Positions 16,749 to 25,317 of a DNA stretch of 32,000 nt are shown one piece after another. Numbering within the stretch: the first letter of the stretch is position 1; each line of letters begins with the position of its first letter. The notes under the pieces were generated by a model. The model had not been told where the DNA came from and made no database searches. It saw only the letters and a list, made by a program, of their open reading frames with translations. The DNA lies in assembly GCA_046881885.1 (NCBI GenBank), contig JBKSMP010000024.1, positions 96,744 to 128,743 on the forward strand, written 5' to 3'. The position numbers were made by a program, and so were the translations under genes. Origin of the DNA: Opitutales bacterium (GTDB lineage Bacteria > Verrucomicrobiota > Verrucomicrobiia > Opitutales > UBA9783).

Positions 16749-18437
16749 ATGGACGAAGCATTAAAGAATCCAGAAAATGTTTTAGTGGAGAACGCAGATG
16801 TTCCTACCAAACCTCGAGTAAAACGGGCGCGTAAAGCGGTTACAAACAAATCTACCGAAGATACGAATACCCCTTCGGCAGATATCACAATGGAAGCAGT
16901 TAAGGAAACTATAGACTCAAAACCTACACCTACAAATGAACCTCCCAAAGAGCTTATAAAACCTAAAGCTCATATTAAAGAAACAAACAGTCTACAACCT
17001 TATCGAAAAAACCCTAACAATAAAAATACAAATAATGCCAAGCAAACGACTTTATCCCCTCATTTACAACGATATCGGTGGTGGATGGGACAATTGAATC
17101 AATGGCGAAATATCGGCGACATTCATTCCATAACCAATTTAATAACAGAGGTTACGGACCCTGCATTGCCTGCTTTTTCATTCAATGAATGGTACGACAA
17201 ACCTCTAAAAGAACTTCTCGAAGGTATTCCTGCAGAATCGCAACTAACCTCTTTAACTCGACAAAGCATTTTAAGGGAAAAGATGCAAGTTGCTTGTGAA
17301 CATAAGCAAGCTATTTGTATTGAAGGTGTAGTTGCAAAAGTTCCAAACACAGAAGAATGGTGTGTTTGTTATGCTTCTGATAATTATCAATTACGAGAAC
17401 TAAGCGCCTATCTTCCTAAGGTTTTAGTACGTAAACACGGAATACGTCCAGGACAAACCATACAGGCACAAATTTTCATGTCGCCAACACATGTCCAATG
17501 TCCTTGCGTTATTAAAATCAATACCGTCATGGAGAAAACTCCAGAAGAAATGCGTACCATTCCGCATTTTAAAGAATTGACGCCGTATTATCCTACAGAA
17601 CGTATTTTGCTGGAAATAAAACCGGAAAAAGGTTGGGACAATAATGCCATGCGTATTGTGGATATTTTGACACCCATCGGCTTTGGACAACGTGGACTTA
17701 TTGTGGCGCCACCAAGAACCGGTAAAACAGTTTTACTGCAAAACATAGCTCATTCGATCGTTAAAAACCAGCCACAAGCACATCTCATTATCCTTCTTAT
17801 TGATGAGCGTCCTGAAGAAGTAACAGACTTCAAAAACTTATTACCCGGCATTGAGGTTATTAGTTCAACCTTTGATGAATCTCCCGAAAGCCATGTACGT
17901 GCAGCTGAAGTCGTTATTGAAAAAGCCAAACGTTTGGTAGAAATCGGCGAAAATGTAGTTATCCTTTTAGACTCCATTACACGTCTAGCACGAGCCTATA
18001 ATACGATTATTCCAAGTTCTGGAAAAGTTCTTTCGGGAGGTGTTGAAGCCAATGCGCTCCAAGGTCCAAAAGCCTTTTTTGGAGCTGCTCGTAACATTGA
18101 ACAAGGCGGAAGTTTAACAATATTAGCAACCGCATTGATCGATACAGGCAGCAAAATGGATGAAGTTATTTTCGAAGAATTTAAGGGCACCGGCAACATG
18201 GAACTTCATCTCGATCGTTCGCTCATTGATAAACGCGTTTTTCCTGCTATCAATATCGAAAAGAGTGGAACTCGTAAGGAAGAACTCCTTTATCATCCGG
18301 ATGAATTACACAAGATTTATGTTTTGCGTCGTGCCTTAAAGGGAGTCATTTCGCCAACAGAATCGATGGAAATGTTACTCGATAGAGTTCACAAAACCAA
18401 CAATAATATCGAATTTTTAATGTCCATTAACGGTTAA
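16749..18437 (+). CDS. rho: Transcription termination factor Rho with ~143-aa N-terminal extension
   Basis: The C-terminal ~420 aa are colinear with E. coli Rho: [15 protein letters not shown] (Walker A), [24 protein letters not shown], and [38 protein letters not shown]. The total is 562 aa versus 419 in E. coli. Confidence 0.95.
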   Translation: MDEALKNPENVLVENADVPTKPRVKRARKAVTNKSTEDTNTPSADITMEAVKETIDSKPTPTNEPPKELIKPKAHIKETNSLQPYRKNPNNKNTNNAKQTTLSPHLQRYRWWMGQLNQWRNIGDIHSITNLITEVTDPALPAFSFNEWYDKPLKELLEGIPAESQLTSLTRQSILREKMQVACEHKQAICIEGVVAKVPNTEEWCVCYASDNYQLRELSAYLPKVLVRKHGIRPGQTIQAQIFMSPTHVQCPCVIKINTVMEKTPEEMRTIPHFKELTPYYPTERILLEIKPEKGWDNNAMRIVDILTPIGFGQRGLIVAPPRTGKTVLLQNIAHSIVKNQPQAHLIILLIDERPEEVTDFKNLLPGIEVISSTFDESPESHVRAAEVVIEKAKRLVEIGENVVILLDSITRLARAYNTIIPSSGKVLSGGVEANALQGPKAFFGAARNIEQGGSLTILATALIDTGSKMDEVIFEEFKGTGNMELHLDRSLIDKRVFPAINIEKSGTRKEELLYHPDELHKIYVLRRALKGVISPTESMEMLLDRVHKTNNNIEFLMSING

Positions 18438-18438
18438 C

Positions 18439-19962
18439 ATGAAAAAGCATTTTTATATTACAACAGCCATTGATTATGTCAATGGGCAGCCGCATCTTGG
18501 CCATACTTATGAAAAAGTTTTAGCTGATGTCGTTGCACGTTATCATCGCCTCAAAGGTGAATCGGTACATTTTCTAACAGGTGTTGATGAACACGGTCAA
18601 AAGGTCCAACAAAAAGCTCAAGCCTTAGGTAAAGAACCACAAGCTTTTTGTGATGAAGTCACAGAATCCTTTGTCGCGCTAACCCACGCCTTAAAGCTTA
18701 CCAATGATGATTTTATCCGTACAACGGATGAACGTCATAAGAAAATCGTACGATGGGCTTTACAAAAACTTTATGATCAGGGCTTGATTTATAAAGCTGA
18801 ATACAAAGGCTTTTATAGCGTTAAAGAAGAACGATTTTTACTAGAAAAAGATAAAATTGATGGGGCTTGGCCCGCACTATTTGGAGAAGTTAAAGAACTT
18901 TCTGAAAGCAATTATTTCTTTAAATTAAGCGCTTATCAAGATTGGCTAATCAGCTATTTAAAAGAAAATCCAGACTTTATTTTCCCGCATTATCGGCAAA
19001 AGCAGGTCTTAGAATTCTTAAAAGAACCGCTTAATGATTTGTGCATATCGCGGCCTATAGACCGGTTACAATGGGGAATTCCCCTACCCTTTGATCCCGA
19101 ATTTGTAACCTATGTTTGGTTTGATGCACTTCTCAACTACATTTCTGCCGTAGGACTCAATACCGAAAGCTTCGAACAATATTGGCCGGCGGATTGCCAC
19201 ATTATAGGTAAAGACATTCTCGTACCATCACATTCGATTTATTGGCCGATTATGCTCAAAGCCCTCGAATTACCTTTGCCGAAGCAGATCATAGCACATG
19301 GCTGGTGGCTCACTTCTGGAGAAAAAATGTCGAAAAGCCTCGGTAATACCTTCAATTTATTCGATTGGTTTGAAGAAAAAGGTATCGATGCAGTACGCTA
19401 TTTCTTAATGCGAGAAATGGTAACAGGGCAAGATTGCGAATTTTCTTTAGAAAACTTCGAAAATCGTTACAATAACGAATTAGCCAATGAATGGGGCAAC
19501 CTGATAAGCCGTACCTTTAACATGATTCAACGTTATTGCGATGGCAAAGTCCCTACCCCAAGCCAGCCTAACGAGGATTTAAAAAGCATCTGGAAAGAAA
19601 CCTACGAAGCTATTAATAAGCATTTTGATCAATTTCAATTCTCGCAAGGCTTAGAAAAACTCTTTAAATTCATTCGTGAACTCAATCGTTATATCGAAAG
19701 CAAAGCCCCTTGGAAATTGGCTAAAGATCCTGCAGAAGCTAGCCAAATGGAATTAAAAGATGTATTAGCGCATTTGATAGAAGGTATTCGCTTATCGGTT
19801 CAATACCTACAAATTATCATTCCGGTCAGCAGTCAAAAACTTATGGAAGCCTTGCAAATCCAAGATAAACCTTCCAATTTCTCTTGGAATCCTCAAACTC
19901 TATCGGGCACTTTCATAACCGAAAAATTACTGCTATTCCCAAAGGCTGAAAAACGCGCATAA
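18439..19962 (+). CDS. metG: Methionyl-tRNA synthetase (short form, no C-terminal tRNA-binding domain, no Cys knuckles)
   Basis: The HIGH variant GQPHLGHTYE and KMSKS are both present, and the product is 507 aa. The ATG lies 1 nt after the rho stop. Confidence 0.95.
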   Translation: MKKHFYITTAIDYVNGQPHLGHTYEKVLADVVARYHRLKGESVHFLTGVDEHGQKVQQKAQALGKEPQAFCDEVTESFVALTHALKLTNDDFIRTTDERHKKIVRWALQKLYDQGLIYKAEYKGFYSVKEERFLLEKDKIDGAWPALFGEVKELSESNYFFKLSAYQDWLISYLKENPDFIFPHYRQKQVLEFLKEPLNDLCISRPIDRLQWGIPLPFDPEFVTYVWFDALLNYISAVGLNTESFEQYWPADCHIIGKDILVPSHSIYWPIMLKALELPLPKQIIAHGWWLTSGEKMSKSLGNTFNLFDWFEEKGIDAVRYFLMREMVTGQDCEFSLENFENRYNNELANEWGNLISRTFNMIQRYCDGKVPTPSQPNEDLKSIWKETYEAINKHFDQFQFSQGLEKLFKFIRELNRYIESKAPWKLAKDPAEASQMELKDVLAHLIEGIRLSVQYLQIIIPVSSQKLMEALQIQDKPSNFSWNPQTLSGTFITEKLLLFPKAEKRA

Positions 19963-19973
19963 GCGCTACAATT

Positions 19974-20013
19974 CCTGCAAAACTTGGTGTAAAGATATAT
20001 CGAGTTTTGTAGG
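19974..20013. terminator. Inverted repeat between convergent metG and kinase genes (possible bidirectional terminator)
   Basis: CCTGCAAAACT...AGTTTTGTAGG forms an 11-bp stem with one G-U pair and an 18-nt loop. Neither side has a good U-tract. Confidence 0.3.
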
Positions 20014-20022
20014 AAAAATTCG

Positions 20023-21627
20023 TTAATATTTACCTGCATGAATTACCTCATAAACCTTTTTAGAAACAGGAATACTTTGATTTGTATCAGGGGGTTGACC
20101 ATCTACATAAGTCCAATCTTTTAATTTTTGAGCTGCCTCTAAATTTTTCTCACACCAATTTTTATAAGCATCTTTTCCTTCTTTAATTTTTACTAAACCA
20201 TATGAAGGAGTATTAACATACGAAGGATCGGCCTTAACCAAAGCATCAAGCGCAGCTAGACCTTGTTTTGAAATTTTTTTATCTTTGTTAAAAATCATAT
20301 CTCTTATAGAAATTGGAATAGCTTTCGGACGGTCTTTTTCTACTATATTTTTGGCATTTGAATAAAGTATAATTTTCCCATCTCCACCATTGTCTTCTAA
20401 AGATGAAGAAAATATTTGTAAAAGTTCTGCTACCTGGGCCGCACTTGGTCGTTCTGCCGGATTGGGATTAAGACTATCTCTAAGTAATCCTTGTAAAAAA
20501 TTACATTGTTCATCTGTATAAAAATCGGGAATTTTACCTATTTCCCTTTGTGCTATAAGGAAATTTTCTTGAGACAAGTTATTGAACAAGGTCCCTGCAA
20601 TTCTTGTTTTCTGAATTCCTGCAGGAGCATTAGAAATTATTTGATCTTCCCAAAAACAATTACCCGTTCCCCCAATAAAACTTTCGATAATAGAAATACC
20701 ATAAGAATAAACATCGGCAGCAGGTGATATACCCATATCTTCCACCGCTCTCTTTAACATTTCAGGCGCCATATACAAAGGACTTCCTATCGCTATTGCT
20801 TTTGCATCATTTTCTTTTGGCTTTTTTAGGTCACAAGCAGTTCCTAAATCAATCATTTTTGCTTGAATTAATTTATTATCTTTACGTTCAGAATCATCAA
20901 ATACACGTACCATAAGATTTTCTGGTTTTATATCGCGATTCACAACACCCGCTTCATGAGAAATCGCAATTGCATGCCCCATTTGTGCTAATATTAAACA
21001 GCGATCTTTAATATTTTCTTTTGTACAAGGTATACATGGTGGTCTCGGATTTTCACGACACGGTTTTTCTGTATATAAAAACTTTTGAAAATCTTTTCCC
21101 TCTGCTTTTTCAAAAACAAGAACTTTTTGCTCATCTATTTTAAATTCCCCATGAAAGGTTGTTAAAAAACCAATTCCTTGTTGATAAAACATCTGATCAT
21201 CAAATCGAGCGCTACCTTCAAAAAGTGCTTTATTTTCTTTTGCCTCTTTGATGACAGCTTCCTCATTACCTGTTGTTTTCAAAACCTTAATAACATATTC
21301 TTTTCCACTAGCATCTTTAGCTCCATAAACCGTACCCAAACCACCCTCTCCAAGAGGTTGTTCATTCTTATTTTTCCACAATTTTTTAAATTCTCTATTA
21401 GACAATATTTGCTTAGGCGTTTTCACACGATGCTTAATTGAATCAGTATGAAATCCGTCAAAACCTTTCCCAGCATTAGAAAGATTATCCATTTTCTCAC
21501 TAACCCCTGCCTTACCTTTAGGATTTTGTATAATAAATTTTCGTTCTTTAGTTAATCTTTTTCCTTCAATTAAAAATGATTGAGGTTCAGGTTGTAAAGG
21601 AGTTGTATTTGCAGCATTAACAGACAT
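20023..21627 (-). CDS. Eukaryotic-like (Hanks-type) Ser/Thr protein kinase, soluble, with unique N- and C-terminal regions
   Basis: The kinase subdomains are present: GEGGLGTVYG (Gly loop), YVIKVLK (VAIK Lys), VVNRDIKPENLMV (catalytic loop, HRD changed to NRD), IDLGTA (DFG changed to DLG), GSPLYMAPE, DVYSYG and ...NPAERPS. I see no TM segment and no PASTA, TPR or FHA domains. Confidence 0.9.
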   Translation of the reverse strand: MSVNAANTTPLQPEPQSFLIEGKRLTKERKFIIQNPKGKAGVSEKMDNLSNAGKGFDGFHTDSIKHRVKTPKQILSNREFKKLWKNKNEQPLGEGGLGTVYGAKDASGKEYVIKVLKTTGNEEAVIKEAKENKALFEGSARFDDQMFYQQGIGFLTTFHGEFKIDEQKVLVFEKAEGKDFQKFLYTEKPCRENPRPPCIPCTKENIKDRCLILAQMGHAIAISHEAGVVNRDIKPENLMVRVFDDSERKDNKLIQAKMIDLGTACDLKKPKENDAKAIAIGSPLYMAPEMLKRAVEDMGISPAADVYSYGISIIESFIGGTGNCFWEDQIISNAPAGIQKTRIAGTLFNNLSQENFLIAQREIGKIPDFYTDEQCNFLQGLLRDSLNPNPAERPSAAQVAELLQIFSSSLEDNGGDGKIILYSNAKNIVEKDRPKAIPISIRDMIFNKDKKISKQGLAALDALVKADPSYVNTPSYGLVKIKEGKDAYKNWCEKNLEAAQKLKDWTYVDGQPPDTNQSIPVSKKVYEVIHAGKY

Positions 21628-21709
21628 GCTTTTTTCTCAGCACTTTCCATACCCATTTCTTATTTCTGTTGAATTCAAAAAACTTTTGCAAATTACTTAT
21701 ATAAAAATT

Positions 21710-22255
21710 TCAAACATCAGTACCCCGTAGTTGCTTCCACTTACGAAACATACGAGTGCGTTCAGGAAGAGGATCTGGAGGTAAAGTAGTGAACCATTTT
21801 AGGTCTAAAGACTCATCGGATAATTTTATAGCATCATCAGGCTGAGTGGTTTTTAACAAAAAGCGAATATCGTAATGCCAATGATCGGGTTGTGATTTTA
21901 TGGAAAAAAGATGTACACTAAGATCGAAAATACCTTCTTTAGCAAGTTCCAAGTGTTCTAAGCCGGACTCTTCATAAGCTTCCTTAAAAGCAACAGCCAA
22001 AATATCCGTATTGCCATCTGCATGTCCACCTACTTGAAGCCAAAAACCTAGCTTTTTATGCAAAGTTAACAGAAATTTATCCCCTGTAGCGTTTTCAATC
22101 CAGGCGGAACCCGTTATATGTCCAGGAAGGTAGTTCCGATCAAAACACTTGTCACCATGCTCTTGAACAAATGCAATCGTTCGCTTTAAATCTTCAGCTT
22201 CTGTCTTATCTTCAGGTTTGTATGCAAAAAGCAAATCCAACAACGACGTACTCAT
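21710..22255 (-). CDS. NUDIX hydrolase
   Basis: The Nudix box is GGHADGNTDILAVAFKEAYEESGL (G-x5-E-x7-[RK]-E-x2-EE-x-G). The product is 181 aa. Confidence 0.85.
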   Translation of the reverse strand: MSTSLLDLLFAYKPEDKTEAEDLKRTIAFVQEHGDKCFDRNYLPGHITGSAWIENATGDKFLLTLHKKLGFWLQVGGHADGNTDILAVAFKEAYEESGLEHLELAKEGIFDLSVHLFSIKSQPDHWHYDIRFLLKTTQPDDAIKLSDESLDLKWFTTLPPDPLPERTRMFRKWKQLRGTDV

Positions 22256-22262
22256 AGATTTT

Positions 22263-23573
22263 TCAATCGTTTCCTTTCATTTTTTCAAGTTTTCTATAAA
22301 AAGTACGCCTCGGAATACCTAATAATTTTGCAGCTTCTGATTTATTACCGCCAGTTTCTTGAAGCGTTTGCTTAATCAACTGCAGCTCATTTTGCGTCAT
22401 TTTAGACAAAGAAGATTCTTCTGTTGCAGCAAAACGACTATCGAGATCAACAACATCAATGAGGTTATTGCGGTACATAACTACACTATTTTCTGCAAAA
22501 TTCCTCAATTCGCGAATATTTCCAGGCCAATTATACGTTTGTAAGGCTTCTAAAGCTGCCGAAGAAAGTTCCGGTGGTCGACACTGGTTTTCTGCAGCAA
22601 AAACACTACAATAATGATTTAGTAGCAAAGGAATGTCTTCTTTACGTTCACGCAATGGCGGCAAATGAATTTCAATAACATTGAGACGATAATAAAGATC
22701 TTCACGAAAACGCCCAGCAGCTACTTCCGCCTTTAAATCGCGATTAGTTGCGCAAACAAGACGAATATCGAGCGGAATTGCTTGCGTACCACCAATACGT
22801 TCGATCGTTTTCGTTTCCAAAAAACGTAATAATTTAACTTGGGTATTAAGATCTATTTCCCCAATTTCATCGAGAAATAGAGTACCTTCATGGGCTGATT
22901 CAAAAAGTCCAATATGGCGTTGATGAGCTCCCGTAAAGGACCCACGCTCATGTCCAAAAAGTTCAGATTCAATAAGGTTTTCAGGCAATGCAGCACAATG
23001 AACGGGCACAAACGGTTTAGATGCTCGCAAACTATATTGATGCAATAAATGTGCCGCAACCTCTTTACCTGTACCTGTCTCACCTGTAATAAGAACGCCT
23101 GTCTTGGATGGCGCCACTTGTTCAATCTGCTGCAAAACTTTCACAAATGCTTTGGCTTTACCCAACACCTGAAGATTTGCTGGAAGCTTCTTAGACGGAT
23201 TTTTAGAGGGATTACGGTCTCGCAAGGCCTTTTGTACCAAAGCTTCCAAACGTTCCAATTGCACCGGTTTGCTGACAAAATCATAAGCTCCATGCTTCAT
23301 GGCCTCTACAGCAATTTCTATGGTTCCATAAGCCGTCATCATAATACAAACCGGCTTATAGGGCAACGACAAGGCCTTATCAATAACCTGCATACCGCTT
23401 TGTTGGCCCATTTTCAAATCTGTAATCACCACATCAAATCTTTCGGATGCAAGTAATTGAATCGCTTCTTGGGGATTACAGGCTGTATAGACGTCGAAAT
23501 TTTCTGAAAAAGCCAGTTTCAGCCCTTCGCGTGTATGTTTTTCGTCATCAACTATGAGCAAAATTCCTTGCAT
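22263..23573 (-). CDS. Sigma-54-dependent response regulator (NtrC/AtoC family: receiver, AAA+ and Fis-type HTH domains)
   Basis: The receiver domain has LLIVDDE, VVITDLKM and SKP. The AAA+ domain has GETGTGKE and ESELFGHERGSFTGA (GAFTGA-loop variant). The C-terminus has GGNKSEAAKLLGIPRRTFYRKL. ATG 23573 (MQGILLIVDDE) is preferred over the TTG at 23582. Confidence 0.92.
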   Translation of the reverse strand: MQGILLIVDDEKHTREGLKLAFSENFDVYTACNPQEAIQLLASERFDVVITDLKMGQQSGMQVIDKALSLPYKPVCIMMTAYGTIEIAVEAMKHGAYDFVSKPVQLERLEALVQKALRDRNPSKNPSKKLPANLQVLGKAKAFVKVLQQIEQVAPSKTGVLITGETGTGKEVAAHLLHQYSLRASKPFVPVHCAALPENLIESELFGHERGSFTGAHQRHIGLFESAHEGTLFLDEIGEIDLNTQVKLLRFLETKTIERIGGTQAIPLDIRLVCATNRDLKAEVAAGRFREDLYYRLNVIEIHLPPLRERKEDIPLLLNHYCSVFAAENQCRPPELSSAALEALQTYNWPGNIRELRNFAENSVVMYRNNLIDVVDLDSRFAATEESSLSKMTQNELQLIKQTLQETGGNKSEAAKLLGIPRRTFYRKLEKMKGND

Positions 23574-23578
23574 ATGCT

Positions 23579-24220
23579 TCAATCTTGAGGAAGTTTTAAA
23601 CGCGCAATTTCCTGCATAATCCGATCACTAATAGCTTGCATCGGATCGGCTTGCTCTTGAGTTTCCGACGCAAGTTCTTCATAGCTAAGTGGTTTCCCAA
23701 AAACAATTGCCACATTAGGTTTGAAATTCGGCCACTTAGCACCTTTCGGCCAAGCTTCATAGGTTCCAAAAATACGAACAGGAACTACCGGCGCTTTCGA
23801 TTTGCTTACAAAAAGCCCAATACCTTTCTTAGGCCGTTGCGGAAGCCCCGTCGGCGAACGCGTACCTTCAGGAAACATTTGTACGGGATTTCCATCCGCA
23901 AGCAGCTTTAAAACCTGTTTAATTGAACGAATATCACTTCCCTTATCCCGATCTACAGGGATCATGTATAAACGACGAAAAAACCATGCAATACCTCGCT
24001 TAAATAAAGTCTGACGAGCAAAGGAATAAACCGGTTGCCGATTCGCATGTACAGCGATTAAAGGCGGATCTAAATAACTAACGTGATTTCCAGCCAAAAT
24101 AAACCCACCTGTTGCAGGAATATTTTCTAGTCCGTACAGTCTTCCTTTGTAAGCTCTTTTAAAAATAAGCTTAAAAAACCAGCAAACCAAACGGTAACAA
24201 AAAGAAAGATTTGATTTCAT
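23579..24220 (-). CDS. plsC: 1-acyl-sn-glycerol-3-phosphate acyltransferase
   Basis: The acyltransferase motifs NHVSYLDPP (H-x4-D) and FPEGTRS are present. The TGA stop lies 5 nt before the regulator ATG. Confidence 0.87.
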   Translation of the reverse strand: MKSNLSFCYRLVCWFFKLIFKRAYKGRLYGLENIPATGGFILAGNHVSYLDPPLIAVHANRQPVYSFARQTLFKRGIAWFFRRLYMIPVDRDKGSDIRSIKQVLKLLADGNPVQMFPEGTRSPTGLPQRPKKGIGLFVSKSKAPVVPVRIFGTYEAWPKGAKWPNFKPNVAIVFGKPLSYEELASETQEQADPMQAISDRIMQEIARLKLPQD

Positions 24221-24265
24221 TACAAAAATTGTATATGACTTTTTTTATAAAATTAAAAGAATAAT

Positions 24266-24739
24266 ATGCTAGAAGATAAAAAATGGTTGAATTTATTAGA
24301 AACGACAATCGATCAACTGGATGGACGGCCCTCTTGGAATCTTTATTTTATGTCCATTGCTCTGCTCCTATCTGCACGTTCTAGCTGTGAACGCTTACAT
24401 GTAGGTTGCGTACTGGTTTCAGGGAAAGAAAATAAACACAGAATCATTGCCGCCGGCTATAATGGCTTTCTAGCAGGTCTGCCCCACGAATCTATTGTCC
24501 GTGATGGCCATGAGCAAGCAACAGTTCACGCCGAACAAAATGCACTTGCCGATGCTGCACGACGTGGCGTAACTACCCAAGATGCAATTGCTTACGTCAC
24601 ACATTTCCCTTGTATAAATTGTGCAAAAATGTTGTTGGCAGCTGGTATAAAAAAATGCTATTATTATAAAGATTACCATAATGACGACTTGGTGGTTCGT
24701 TTGTTTGAATCGGCCAATGTCGGTTTGGAACAGTTTTAA
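24266..24739 (+). CDS. dCMP deaminase (ComEB/cytidylate deaminase family)
   Basis: The zinc motifs VHAEQNAL (H-A-E) and PCINCAKML (P-C-x2-C) are present. The product is 157 aa. Confidence 0.9.
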   Translation: MLEDKKWLNLLETTIDQLDGRPSWNLYFMSIALLLSARSSCERLHVGCVLVSGKENKHRIIAAGYNGFLAGLPHESIVRDGHEQATVHAEQNALADAARRGVTTQDAIAYVTHFPCINCAKMLLAAGIKKCYYYKDYHNDDLVVRLFESANVGLEQF

Positions 24740-24740
24740 T

Positions 24741-25301
24741 ATGCAATTTGAAGTCTCAGTTTTTCCGCAAAATTTCTCTGGACTCGTACTTTTATCGAAT
24801 CCACAAGTAGAAACGTGTTGGGATAAAGTTGTTATGGTTGTCATCAAACATAGCCAAGAGACGGGTGCTATCGGTTTACAACTCAACCGTCCTTCTCGGC
24901 TAAATCTAAGCGACTTCAATGACAAAAACTGGGAAAGTTTTGGCAATATCCCTGTTTTCTTAGGTGGACCACGCCAAATGCAAAAATTGATGATTACAGC
25001 CTTTGATTGGCATCGTGAACAACAGCTTATCAAATGGCGTTTGGGTCTATCTCCTAAGCAAGCCTATCAACTTGTTTGTGATTATCCAGCGATGAATTTT
25101 CGAGCCTATTGTGGCCACATAAGCTGGCAAAGCGGACAATTGGAGGAAGAGCTTAAAAATAAAATTTGGTTGCCAATACCCGTTCCCCAAAAGAAGCTTT
25201 TTGCGCCACATCCTCAAAATTTATGGCAGGATTTGATGTCACAATTCTATCCATTAGGCCTATTTTTCAAGCAATTGCCTACCAATCCTTCTCTAAATTA
25301 A
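24741..25301 (+). CDS. YqgE/AlgH family protein (UPF0301)
   Basis: The family pattern is present: GLVLLSNP......F...VV.V.KH....GA.GL.LNRP, ....PVFLGGP, and ...GH..W..GQLE.E. ATG 24741 lies immediately after the dCMP deaminase stop. The ORF-track start at 24681 would overlap that gene by 59 nt. Confidence 0.8.
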   Translation: MQFEVSVFPQNFSGLVLLSNPQVETCWDKVVMVVIKHSQETGAIGLQLNRPSRLNLSDFNDKNWESFGNIPVFLGGPRQMQKLMITAFDWHREQQLIKWRLGLSPKQAYQLVCDYPAMNFRAYCGHISWQSGQLEEELKNKIWLPIPVPQKKLFAPHPQNLWQDLMSQFYPLGLFFKQLPTNPSLN

Positions 25302-25317
25302 TTTTCTAAAAATTACT

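Noticed and set aside
21638-21655. A GG-N10-GC arrangement (TGGGTATGGAAAGTGCT in gene sense) lies upstream of the kinase gene, downstream of the sigma-54 activator operon.
   Set aside because: Only the GG and GC dinucleotides fit, and the flanking consensus is poor. It would place the TSS on the ATG itself. A match of this quality is expected by chance in an 82-nt spacer.
24470-25033. A 187-aa minus-strand ORF lies across the dCMP deaminase and AlgH genes.
   Set aside because: It is antisense to two motif-supported genes, and its Cys/Ser-rich sequence has no recognisable features.
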